Below, in pieces: positions 33,401 through 41,222 of a DNA stretch of 64,000 nucleotides. The stretch comes from Vicinamibacterales bacterium (GTDB lineage Bacteria; Acidobacteriota; Vicinamibacteria; Vicinamibacterales; UBA8438), in the NCBI GenBank assembly GCA_965242835.1, contig OZ251506.1:5172401-5236400 (forward strand), written 5' to 3'. The first letter of the stretch is position 1. Each line of letters opens with the position of its first letter. The notes below the pieces were generated by a model. The model was given only the letters and a program-made list of their open reading frames with translations. It was not told where the DNA came from and ran no database searches. A program made the translations under genes and the position numbers.

Positions 33401-36218
33401 GGCGATCCCGCGGCTCGTCCTGCCGGAAGCGGCGGGCGGCGACGGACCGTTGCGCTACCGCCTGCGTCCCGACCCGCCGGCGGGACTGACGTTCGACCCG
33501 GCGACCCGCACGCTGTCCGGCGTCCCGGACGCCGCGCGGGGGCCGCGGCCCTGGACCTGGACGGCGACCGACGCCGACGGCGACACGGCGTCGCTGCGCT
33601 TCACCATCGAAGTCCGGCCCGACTCGCGGCCCACCTTCCCCCGGCCGGCCGATCCGGATCTGGTCCTCCAGGTCGACCGGCCCGTCGACCCGCAAACGCT
33701 CCCGGCGGCGCGGGACGGCGACCCGCCGCTGCGCTACGAGGTGACGCCCGACCCGCCCTCGGGCTTGACGCTCGACGACGGGCGGCTGTCCGGCGCGCCG
33801 GCGGAGGAGCAGCCGGAACGCGCCTACACCCTGACGGCGACCGACGCCGACGGCGACACGGCGTCGCTGGACTTCACCATCAAGGTGGTCGACCCGCCGG
33901 TGGTGAACCGGCTGCGCATCGTCTCGCGCCCGGCGGCCGGGGACACCTACGGCTACGGCGAGACGATCGAGGTGGAAGCGGTCTTCAGCAAGCCGGTGAC
34001 GACGACCGGAACGCCGACGCTGCCGCTGACGATCGGCGAGACCGTGCGCGAGGCGGCGCTGGCCGCGGCGTCGCGGACGACGTTGCGGTTCGGCTACACG
34101 GTGGCGGGCGTCGACCGGGACGCGGACGGGGTGAGCGTCGCGGCCGACGCGCTGGCGCTCGCCGGCGGCCGGCTGGTGGACGCGGCGGGAACCGACGCCG
34201 AGCTGGGGCATCCGGCCCTGCCGGATCAGCCGGACCACAAGGTGGACGGCGCGCCGCGGGCGGTCGGCCGGCTGCCGGCGATGACCCTGGTGCTGGGGGC
34301 CGCGGCCGCCGCGGTGGACGCGTCGGCGGCGTTTCACGGCGCGGAGACCTGGGAGGCGGCTTCGTCCGCGCCGGACGTGGCGGCGGTCAGCATCGAGGGC
34401 GCGGTGGCCACGGTGACGCAGAAGGCCGACGGCGCGGCGACGGTGACGATCACCGGGCGCAACCCCGGCGGAACGGCAGTGCAGGCGTTCGCGGTGACGG
34501 TGGTGACGGCGCAGGCGGAGATCGACGTCGTCGCGGGAGCGCTGGCGGGCGTGGGGCGGAGCCTGCTGGCGAGCGCGTCGGCGACGATCGGCCGGCGGAT
34601 GGAACGGGGCGGCGGCGGCCGGCGGCTGGTGGTGGCGGGCCGTTCGCTGCCGGTGGAGGCCGCCGCGCCGGGCGGCGGGCGGTTCGGATCCGCCACGACG
34701 CCTCCGGCAGGTCCGTCGGCGGGGGTGGGCCGATGGGCCGGCGCGGAGGCGGATGCGCCGCTGGCGGCGGCGCGGCGGGCGCGCCTCGACCACGCCAGCC
34801 CCGCCGGTTTGCGGGGCGGCCGCGTGACGGGCGAAGAACTGCTGTACGGCAGCGCGTTCGCGTTCCCGCTCGGCGAGCCGGGGACCGGCGGGGCGCCGGC
34901 GGCCGTCGCCGCGGCGGGGTTCGGCGGAGCGTCGGCGGTGTCGGCGGCCATGCGGATGGCCGGGGACGCCTCGGCCGATGCGGCTGCGCCCATCCGCGGC
35001 GGCGTGGCGCAGGCCGGCGGCGTGCGCCTGAGCGACGGCGCGGGCCGATCGGCGGGCCGGCAACGCGGGGCACCCGGCTCGGCGGGGGGCGCGGACCGGC
35101 TCGCCGCCCCGGCCGGCGGGCCGCGGTGGACGGTCTGGGGCGCGGGCGACGTGCAGGCGTTCGGCGGGGAGACCGGCCCGGGGTCGCGCTACGACGGCCG
35201 CCCCCTGACCACGTACCTCGGCCTCGACGTGGAAGCCGGCCGGCTGCTGGCGGGAGCGGCGCTGTCGCACGGCGCGGCCGACGCCGACTACACGTTCCAC
35301 GACCTCGCCGCCGAGGCGCGCGGCAGCGGCCGCCTGGCCACCCGGTTGCTCAACGTCCAGCCGTACGTCCGCTGGGCCCTCGACGAGCGGACCGACGTGT
35401 GGGGTATCGCCGGCGCCGGCCGGGGCCACGCGAAGCTCGCACGGTCGGTGACCAGCCGCGGCGAGCGCGCCGACCTGCGCCTGCTGCTCGGCATGGCCGG
35501 CGTCCGGCGGGAGCTGCGGACGGCCGGGGCCGTCGGCGTGGCCCTGCGGGCCGACGCCGGCGTGGCGCGGCTGAAGACCGCCGGCGGCGGCGCGGTGCTC
35601 GGCGGACTGGCGGCGTCGGTGCATCGGACCCGGGTCGGCCTCGAGCTGTTCCGCACGTTCGGGGCGTGGACGCCCTTCGCGGCGGCGGGCGGCCGCTACG
35701 ACGGCGGCGCGGGGACCTCCGGCGCGGGGCTGGAGCTGGCCGGCGGCCTGCGGGCCGCGGACGCGGGCGGGAGGTTCGGCCTGGAGGCGCGGGGCCGCCT
35801 GCTGGCGCTGCACACCGCGGCGGGGTACCACGAGAGCGGGTTCGCCGTGACCGTGCGGGTGATGCCGGCCGGGGACGGCCGGGGACCGGCCCTGGAGCTG
35901 ACGCCGGGCTGGGGCGCGCCGGCGACGGGGACGGCCGGCGCCGACACGCTCCGGAACGAGTTCGCCTTCGCCGCGCCGGGACGGCGCCGGCCGGAGTCCG
36001 GGTCGTTCACGGCGCGGGTCGGCTACGAGTTCGGCCTGCTGGCGCCGTTCACCGAGCTGGCCCGGCTGGGCGCGGTCTCGCGCCAGGCGCGGGTCGGCCT
36101 CCGGCTGGGCGAGATGGGCGGCCCCCTCTCCTTCACCGTGACCGGCGAGCGCCACGAGTACGCCGGCGGCCCGCCGGACCATCGCCTCGGCCTGTTCGGC
36201 AGCGTCCTCTTCCAGTAG
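30450..36218 (+). CDS. Large Ig-like (He_PIG/cadherin-like) repeat surface adhesin with C-terminal autotransporter-like beta-barrel
   Basis: Signal peptide ending PAAA-Q. Seven ~90-100-aa repeats (N..P.IT.PG.K.Y.QGE...GLP.GL...SGTV) plus two related repeats. C-terminal amphipathic beta strands. Start could be 30438. Confidence 0.85.
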   Translation: MTTRAIARPVRRTSRPPAALAAGALALSTLASLAPPAAAQTSNTIDVTITAATGPAVPKFRLQFDFGEDVNGFTTGDLQLTNATVSSVLATGNPVGDLRRFFVDVFPAAAGDVVVTLGAGGACNAHPPVARCNREASFRWNRPVNSAPVITNPGGKTYRQGEIVTAFGITVTDADQDAVTVTLTGLPSGLSYSATTGQVSGTVAFDAAAKNYGVTISADDGTNAAVTASFTVTVTANSTPVITPPGNRTYARGETITAFGITVTDADDDALTVEVTGLPSGLSYSATAGQVSGTVASDAEAKNYSVGISATDGMSQASASFTVTVTLPPNQPPEITAPEDKRYTQGQSIIPFFVRAIDSDGITSLAVTGLPSGLGFATPAGTGYVTFAGTVSGTVAADAEVKTHTVTITASDGTDESTATFDVTVAAAAQTSDPPDPSDPTPANTAPVITDPGNKEYAQGEAVAAFAITVTDADVEDTVSVSVSGLPPGLGWSSSSGQVSGTVAADADAQDYTVTITADDGANAAVTLDFTVTVTAAAVAPTPLPASNRQPAITDPGDKEYEQGEAIAAFGITVTDADDDTVSVSVSGLPPGLGWSSSSDQVSGTVAADADARDYTVTITADDGVTPEVTLDFTVTVTAASVQSPDPADPRDPTPPNTPPVITDPGDKEYAQGEAIAAFAITATDADADDTVSVSVSGLPPGLGWSPSAGRVSGTVAADAAARGYAVTVTADDGANAAVTLDFTVTVTARAASSAPAPNRPPEIADPGDKSYAQGETIAAFAIEVTDADDDDLTVDVTGLPRGLGYAPSTGLVAGTVAANADVRDYAVRITATDHVNPAVRADFTTTITVTDEDEPGVVVRPTRLRMPVREVRSYTVALRRPPQADVTIAVRVPDPGVTVTPEVLAIRADDWDRTYEVRVSGRTAARATLSHTVQGGGYDGVPASDVAVNVFGDDTGGGGAGNAGNRKPAFTATVPPQRYQEGTAIPRLVLPEAAGGDGPLRYRLRPDPPAGLTFDPATRTLSGVPDAARGPRPWTWTATDADGDTASLRFTIEVRPDSRPTFPRPADPDLVLQVDRPVDPQTLPAARDGDPPLRYEVTPDPPSGLTLDDGRLSGAPAEEQPERAYTLTATDADGDTASLDFTIKVVDPPVVNRLRIVSRPAAGDTYGYGETIEVEAVFSKPVTTTGTPTLPLTIGETVREAALAAASRTTLRFGYTVAGVDRDADGVSVAADALALAGGRLVDAAGTDAELGHPALPDQPDHKVDGAPRAVGRLPAMTLVLGAAAAAVDASAAFHGAETWEAASSAPDVAAVSIEGAVATVTQKADGAATVTITGRNPGGTAVQAFAVTVVTAQAEIDVVAGALAGVGRSLLASASATIGRRMERGGGGRRLVVAGRSLPVEAAAPGGGRFGSATTPPAGPSAGVGRWAGAEADAPLAAARRARLDHASPAGLRGGRVTGEELLYGSAFAFPLGEPGTGGAPAAVAAAGFGGASAVSAAMRMAGDASADAAAPIRGGVAQAGGVRLSDGAGRSAGRQRGAPGSAGGADRLAAPAGGPRWTVWGAGDVQAFGGETGPGSRYDGRPLTTYLGLDVEAGRLLAGAALSHGAADADYTFHDLAAEARGSGRLATRLLNVQPYVRWALDERTDVWGIAGAGRGHAKLARSVTSRGERADLRLLLGMAGVRRELRTAGAVGVALRADAGVARLKTAGGGAVLGGLAASVHRTRVGLELFRTFGAWTPFAAAGGRYDGGAGTSGAGLELAGGLRAADAGGRFGLEARGRLLALHTAAGYHESGFAVTVRVMPAGDGRGPALELTPGWGAPATGTAGADTLRNEFAFAAPGRRRPESGSFTARVGYEFGLLAPFTELARLGAVSRQARVGLRLGEMGGPLSFTVTGERHEYAGGPPDHRLGLFGSVLFQ

Positions 36219-36229
36219 CGCCCACCAGG

Positions 36230-36366
36230 CGTCGCCTTGCGGCTCCGCTCGGCCCCCAACCTGACCGCTCCAGGAGTCCGCGCCGCGGAACGGCGCAGAC
36301 TCCCGGCCCCGCCACTCGTCGCCTGGCGGCTCCGCTCGGCCCCCGGTCAATCCTCCAGGAGTCCGC
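36230..36366. repeat. ~50-bp direct duplication (period 85-87) overlapping a REP-like palindrome
   Basis: cgtcgcct(t/g)gcggctccgctcggccccc at 36230 and 36317. ctccaggagtccgc at 36268 and 36353. Palindrome at 36273-36303. Confidence 0.8.
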
Positions 36367-36419
36367 CTTTCCGGGAGCGGCCACTTGACGCCGCCCCGGC
36401 CGTGCGCGAAGATGAAGGC

Positions 36420-36434
36420 GAACAAAATACGAAC
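36420..36434 (+). promoter_or_regulatory. LexA (SOS) box, GAAC-N7-GAAC type
   Basis: GAACaaaatacGAAC directly abuts ATG 36435. It is the complement of the GTTC-N7-GTTC LexA motif known from Alphaproteobacteria and Acidobacterium. Confidence 0.75.
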
Positions 36435-37511
36435 ATGGACAGACCGCGCCAGGACACCCTCTTCCCTCTCGGCGCGCGGCCGACGGCCCGCGGCGTGGCC
36501 GACGCGGTCCGCGCGGCCGGCGCCGGCGGCCTGCCGGACGGGGTGCGCCGCGGCGGCGGGGCCGTCTACCAGGAGATCGTCTGCCGCTCGGCCCTCAACC
36601 CCGTGGAGGGCATGCCGTTCCGCTGGACCCTCAACCCGTACCGCGGATGCGTCCACGGCTGCCACTTCTGCTACGCGCGCCGCTACCAGTCCCAGCTGGA
36701 ACTCGACGCGGGCGACGACTTCTCGTCGGTGGTGCTCGTCAAGACCAATTTTCCGGAAGTGCTGGCGCGCGAGCTCGCGAGACGGCCGCCCGACGGCCGG
36801 GCGGCCGCCCTGGGGGCCGCCACCGACCCGTATCAGCCCGTCGAAGGCCGCTACCGGCTCACGCGGCGGACGCTGGCGGTCCTGGTCCGGCGCCCGACCC
36901 CGATCGGCCTGATCACCCGGGGGCCGCTGGCCGTCCGCGACGCCGACCTGCTGGCCGATCTCTCGCGCCGCACGCGGTGCACCGTGACGTTCAGCGTGCC
37001 GACGGTCGACGAAGACGCCTGGCGCGCGCTGGAGCCGGGCACCGCCCACCCGCTCCAGCGCCTGCGCGCGGTCCGGAAACTGCGCGACGCCGGGGTCGAC
37101 GCGGGGGTGCTGATGGCGCCGATCGTGCCGGGCGTCAGCTCGCATCCGGCCCGGATGGAACGGACGATCAAGGCGATCGCGGACAGCGGCGCCGCCTGGG
37201 TGGGCGCGCTCCTGCTGCACCTGGAAGGCGGCGCGCGCCGGCACTTCCTCGACTTCCTGGCGCGGGAATACCCGCGGCTCGTCGCCGGCTACGGCCGCCT
37301 CTACGCCGGCAAGCACGCCGACGCTTCGTACGCCGCGCGCTTCCGCACGGTCATGGGCCTCCTGACGGCGAAGCACCGGCTCCCGCGCCGACGCGAACCC
37401 GGCGGCCGGGAGCCCGGGCCGCCCGCCGGCCGGGAGCCCGGGCCGCCCGCCGGCCGAGAGCCGCGTCAGCACCGCCTCGGGCCGCCGGCCGCCCGGCGCA
37501 ACTCCGGTTGA
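36435..37511 (+). CDS. Radical SAM protein, SplB/Rv2578c-like DNA-repair-associated family
   Basis: LNPYRGCVHGCHFCYAR (CxxxCxxC), ATDPYQPVE, LEPGTAHP..RL. Confidence 0.9.
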   Translation: MDRPRQDTLFPLGARPTARGVADAVRAAGAGGLPDGVRRGGGAVYQEIVCRSALNPVEGMPFRWTLNPYRGCVHGCHFCYARRYQSQLELDAGDDFSSVVLVKTNFPEVLARELARRPPDGRAAALGAATDPYQPVEGRYRLTRRTLAVLVRRPTPIGLITRGPLAVRDADLLADLSRRTRCTVTFSVPTVDEDAWRALEPGTAHPLQRLRAVRKLRDAGVDAGVLMAPIVPGVSSHPARMERTIKAIADSGAAWVGALLLHLEGGARRHFLDFLAREYPRLVAGYGRLYAGKHADASYAARFRTVMGLLTAKHRLPRRREPGGREPGPPAGREPGPPAGREPRQHRLGPPAARRNSG

Positions 37512-37657
37512 CGCGCGTCGAGGGCGCGAGATGACGCGGAGGGGACTGCCGGACCTCCCGGCGCAACCCCGGTTGACGCGCGTCATGCATGCCGGGGTGG
37601 ACGAGGCGACGTCCGGGGGCTGCCGGCCTCCCGGCGCAACTCCCGTTGACGCCCGCC
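37479..37657. repeat. Three degenerate ~42-bp direct repeats with unique spacers (periods 65 and 73)
   Basis: Core cccggcgcaac(t/c)cc(g/c)gttgacgc at 37492, 37557 and 37630. The first copy contains the radical SAM stop codon. Confidence 0.85.
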
Positions 37658-37717
37658 GCGCCGACGCCGCGCCCGGGCGGCGGACGGGCTCCGCCGGTCG
37701 ACGTTCCGCCGCAAACC

Positions 37718-37746
37718 GGCGGGTGAGGGCGCCGCCTTCACCCGCC
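37718..37746 (+). terminator. Strong hairpin, possible terminator
   Basis: GGCGGGTGAGGGC-GCC-GCCTTCACCCGCC, with only a weak pyrimidine tail. Confidence 0.4.
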
Positions 37747-37824
37747 CGGAACGCTTCTTGCTTGCTTCCGCACCGGCGGCGCGCACGCGCGTCGGCTGGC
37801 GGGGATGGCCCGCTCGGCGACCGT

Positions 37825-37928
37825 CACGACCGGCCGGCGGCGCACCCGCGCGCACCTACGCGATGACGCGCGCCGAGACCGAGGAGCGGAAGTCGACACG
37901 ACCGGCCGGCGGCGCACCCGCGCGCACC
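37825..37928. repeat. Perfect 32-bp direct repeat pair with 40-bp spacer (period 72)
   Basis: cacgaccggccggcggcgcacccgcgcgcacc at 37825-37856 and 37897-37928. Confidence 0.95.
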
Positions 37929-37969
37929 GCCGGCCCGACCTCGCGGCGCGGGTCGGGAGGGACTTCGCC

Positions 37970-38809
37970 ATGCGCCGATTCCTGTCCATCACGCTGGCGC
38001 TGCTGGCGGCGCCGGCCGGCGCCGCCGGCCAGCCGGAACCGCCGGCGCCGGCGCTCGCCGGCGTCTACCGCGAGGGCATCGACCTGACGCGCTACTGGGT
38101 GAGCGAGAAGCTGGACGGCGTGCGGGCCCGCTGGGACGGCGCCGCGCTCCGCTCCCGGCGCGGCAACCGCCTGCACGCGCCGCCGTGGTTCGTCGAGGGC
38201 TTCCCGGCCGAGCCGCTCGACGGCGAGCTGTGGCTCGGCCGGGGCTCCTTCGAGAGGCTGTCGGGCGTCGTGCGCCGCGCCGTCCCCGACGACGACGCGT
38301 GGCGGGGCGTCCGCTTCATGGTGTTCGACCTGCCGGCGCATCCCGCGGACTTCGACGGCCGTCTCCAGCGCCTGCGGGAGCTGTTCGCCGGTACCGCGCC
38401 TCCCCACGCCGGCCTCGTCGAGCAGTTCCGGGTGGCGGACCACGCCGGGCTGATGGCCGCCCTGGACCGGGTCGTCGCCCTGGGCGGCGAAGGGCTGATG
38501 CTGCACGACGGACGGGCGCGCTACCGCGCCGGGCGCACGAACGACCTGCTGAAGGTGAAACGGCACGAGGACGCCGAGGCGGTGGTCGTCGCCCACCTGC
38601 CGGGGCGGGGGAAGTACGCCGGCCTGCTCGGCTCCCTGCTGGTGGAGACGCCCGACGGGCGCCGTTTCCGACTCGGCTCCGGCTTCTCCGACGAGGAACG
38701 CCGGCGGCCGCCGCCCGTCGGGGCGACCGTCACCTACAAGCACTACGGCGTCACCCGCAACGGCATCCCGCGGTTCGCCAGCTTCCTGCGCGTGCGCCCG
38801 GAGTCGTGA
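37970..38809 (+). CDS. Minimal ATP-dependent DNA ligase with signal peptide (Lig E-like)
   Basis: SEKLDGVRA (KxDG), LDGELW, FMVFD, GEGLML, LLKVK and an OB domain ending GIPRFASF. Signal peptide MRRFLSITLALLAAPAGA. GGGAGG RBS. Confidence 0.9.
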   Translation: MRRFLSITLALLAAPAGAAGQPEPPAPALAGVYREGIDLTRYWVSEKLDGVRARWDGAALRSRRGNRLHAPPWFVEGFPAEPLDGELWLGRGSFERLSGVVRRAVPDDDAWRGVRFMVFDLPAHPADFDGRLQRLRELFAGTAPPHAGLVEQFRVADHAGLMAALDRVVALGGEGLMLHDGRARYRAGRTNDLLKVKRHEDAEAVVVAHLPGRGKYAGLLGSLLVETPDGRRFRLGSGFSDEERRRPPPVGATVTYKHYGVTRNGIPRFASFLRVRPES

Positions 38810-38816
38810 CGCGGCG

Positions 38817-38926
38817 CCGACGGCCGCCCACGCGCCTCGACGGCGGTTCAGGCTCGGCCGAGGTCGCCGCGTAATACTGTCGATAGCCGACCGACGGCCG
38901 CCCACGCGGATCGACGGCGGTTCAGG
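38817..38926. repeat. 36-bp direct repeat pair (34/36) with 38-bp spacer (period 74)
   Basis: ccgacggccgcccacgcg(cc/ga)tcgacggcggttcagg at 38817-38852 and 38891-38926. Confidence 0.93.
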
Positions 38927-39248
38927 GGGCGTCCGCCGGTTCCGCCGGCGGCTCTCTCCCCGGCAGAACGGTTCGCTCGATGATCTCCAGCCGCTGGTCG
39001 ATCCGGCCGAAGCCGATCTCGACGGCGCGCAGCCGGTCGTCGAAACTCCGCAGACGCTGTTCGACGGCGCGGAACCGTTCGTGCTGGTCCTGGCGCAGGT
39101 CGTCGATCCGCCGGTTGACGTCGTCGAACCGGGCGTTCATCATCATCATCACCGTGAGGATCAGCCCGGCGAGGCCGATCCCGGTGCCGACGATCGCCTT
39201 CGTCTCGGTGCTCATCGGCGCGGGGTCGCTCTTCGTCTCGTCGCGCAT
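38922..39248 (-). CDS. Small single-TM coiled-coil protein (108 aa)
   Basis: AIVGTGIGLAGLILTV TM segment, then heptads RFDDVNRRIDDL...RLRAVE. GGAGAG RBS. Confidence 0.7.
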   Translation of the reverse strand: MRDETKSDPAPMSTETKAIVGTGIGLAGLILTVMMMMNARFDDVNRRIDDLRQDQHERFRAVEQRLRSFDDRLRAVEIGFGRIDQRLEIIERTVLPGREPPAEPADAP

Positions 39249-39307
39249 CGTCCTCTCTCCGCCAACCCGGAGGTCATTGTACCGCGATTCGCCAGCCGGT
39301 GCCGCCG

Positions 39308-40282
39308 TCACGGGGCGCCGGCGGCGTCCCCGCCGGACCGCTCGGGCAACATCTCCAGAACCGCGTCGGCCGGCAGGTCGAACCCCAGCGTCACGTTCGC
39401 GCCGGCGGACGTCAGACGAATCGAATCGAGCAGTCCGCTCAGCTCCGGGCGGGAGCCGGCCTGCAGGCGCGCGAGCGCGAGGAAGCCCTGCAGCAGGTCC
39501 CGCAGGTTGCGGCCGGTCTCCTCGTCCCGCGCTTCCGCCGTCAGCGTCCCGCTCACCCCGCCGTCGACACGGGCGCCGACAGCGAACGCGGCGACGTCCG
39601 CGGACTCCACCTGATCGGGCAGCCACGCGCCGGCGGCCTCGTCGTCGAGCCGGCCGACGGCCCACGCGGTGCTGTCGCGGCCGACGTGGTCCAGCAGGCC
39701 CATCAACGAGTCGTTCGAGTCGACGCCGCCGCCGGCCGCGGGCAGGTCGATGGTCCGCCTGACGAGCGACTGGGACCCGATCGCCACGACTCCCGACTCC
39801 AGGAACGCCATCGCCACCGGCCCCTCGGCGTGGGTGAGCAACCGCCGTCCCCGATAGTCGGCGGCGGCGCCGCCGTGCTCCAGCGCCAGCGCTTCGAGCC
39901 GCTCCTCGTCGAAGCGCCCCGCGAGGATCGCGACGCCGCTCCACCGGCTCGAACCGTCCGGCACGAGCCCCGCGACGACGTATTCGATGTCCCGCTCGAT
40001 GTCGATGCCGGTCTGCTGCTGGAATTCGCGCTGTCCGTCCAGCTCGGGCCGTGTCTCGCGCACACGCCGGCGGAGGTCCGAATCCATCACCCCGCGCACG
40101 TCGGCGAACGAGAGGACGGTCGCCTCCGGCGGGACGTAGCGCAGCTCGTCGGGCCGCTCCTGGGCCAGCACCCGTGACGGCAGGCCGCTGCTCACCCACG
40201 CGGCCAGCCCCCCGGCGAGCCCGACCGCCATCACGCCGGCGCCGCCGAGCAGAACGTAGCGGGTGCGCGTGTTCATGGTCAT
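39308..40282 (-). CDS. Membrane-anchored hypothetical protein
   Basis: N-terminal TM, LRYVP motif, GIDIERDI. GGAG RBS. Confidence 0.7.
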   Translation of the reverse strand: MTMNTRTRYVLLGGAGVMAVGLAGGLAAWVSSGLPSRVLAQERPDELRYVPPEATVLSFADVRGVMDSDLRRRVRETRPELDGQREFQQQTGIDIERDIEYVVAGLVPDGSSRWSGVAILAGRFDEERLEALALEHGGAAADYRGRRLLTHAEGPVAMAFLESGVVAIGSQSLVRRTIDLPAAGGGVDSNDSLMGLLDHVGRDSTAWAVGRLDDEAAGAWLPDQVESADVAAFAVGARVDGGVSGTLTAEARDEETGRNLRDLLQGFLALARLQAGSRPELSGLLDSIRLTSAGANVTLGFDLPADAVLEMLPERSGGDAAGAP

Positions 40283-40364
40283 GACTTCTCCGTCAGTATA
40301 CCGGCGGGCCCGGCCGGAAGTTCCGTGCCGGCCGGCCGCCGCCCCCGGCCGCGGCGCCGCCAGC

Positions 40365-41222
40365 CTACTGCCCGAGCACGTACTCGCGCCGCTCGGCGAC
40401 GCGCACCGCCGCGGCCAGCGCCGCCGCCCAGATGAAGGCCAGCGCCGCCAGGTTCGCGCCGGCCGGCAGCGGCGTCTGGACCGAGGTGAGCAACGCCTGG
40501 AGCACGTCGAGCGCGTCGCCCCGCGGCATGGCGTGCGGCGCGAGCCCCTGCAGGTAGTACGCCACGCTCAGATACTTCACGTAGCCGGGCAGGACGACCA
40601 CCACGGGCTCCCATCCGAAGACGAAGACGAGCCCGGTCAGCAGCGGACGCCGGAACCGGGCGCCGACGAGGGCGAAGACCGCGCCGTAGACGGCGAGGCC
40701 CGCCCCGATCAGGCCCAGATCGAGCAGCAGGACCGGGAAGTTGCGGCCGACGCTCCCGCCCGCCAGCGGCACGACCAGGAAGTAGACCAGCATCACCGAG
40801 GGCAGGACGATCACCGTCGTGCACGCCAGACAGGCCAGGTACTTCCCGGCCAGGACCGCGCCGCGCGCCACCGGCCGCGTGAACAGGTACGTGATGGTCC
40901 GGTCCTCCACTTCGTCGGCCAGCAGCGCCGTGCCGTAGAACACGCCGAGCACCGGCACCGTGAAGCGCAGGTAGAAACTCCAGATCATCAGGCCGAAGAC
41001 GCCCGGCCCGTCGAGACCCGCGGGCCGGGCGAGGGCGCCCGCCTCCCCGTCGAACCCCGGGAGCGCCGGGAGCGCCCGCAGCAGCGCCGCGATCAGCACC
41101 GGCGCGCCCGCGGCCAGGGCCATGAAGACGGTGCGCCGCGACCAGAGCATCCGGCCGATGGCGAGGTCGAAGACCCGCAGGGCGGCGGTCCCGAAGGCGG
41201 GCGCGGCGTTCGGATCGGCCAT
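40365..41222 (-). CDS. ABC-2 type transporter permease
   Basis: ADEVEDRTITYLFTRPVAR..VLAGK, multiple TMs. Confidence 0.88.
   Translation of the reverse strand: MADPNAAPAFGTAALRVFDLAIGRMLWSRRTVFMALAAGAPVLIAALLRALPALPGFDGEAGALARPAGLDGPGVFGLMIWSFYLRFTVPVLGVFYGTALLADEVEDRTITYLFTRPVARGAVLAGKYLACLACTTVIVLPSVMLVYFLVVPLAGGSVGRNFPVLLLDLGLIGAGLAVYGAVFALVGARFRRPLLTGLVFVFGWEPVVVVLPGYVKYLSVAYYLQGLAPHAMPRGDALDVLQALLTSVQTPLPAGANLAALAFIWAAALAAAVRVAERREYVLGQ

Noticed and set aside
37406-37460. 24-bp tandem repeat (REPGPPAG) at the radical SAM C-terminus; also the 27-bp repeat in the BatC tail near 49116-49157
   Set aside because: Head-to-tail with no spacer, so ordinary slippage in disordered tails.
30336-37586. 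2416-aa minus-strand ORF and other giant shadow ORFs (7332-12197, 11918-15514, 30329-36388, 55859-59623)
   Set aside because: Antisense or alternate-frame ORFs caused by stop-codon scarcity. They show no motifs and overlap well-supported genes.
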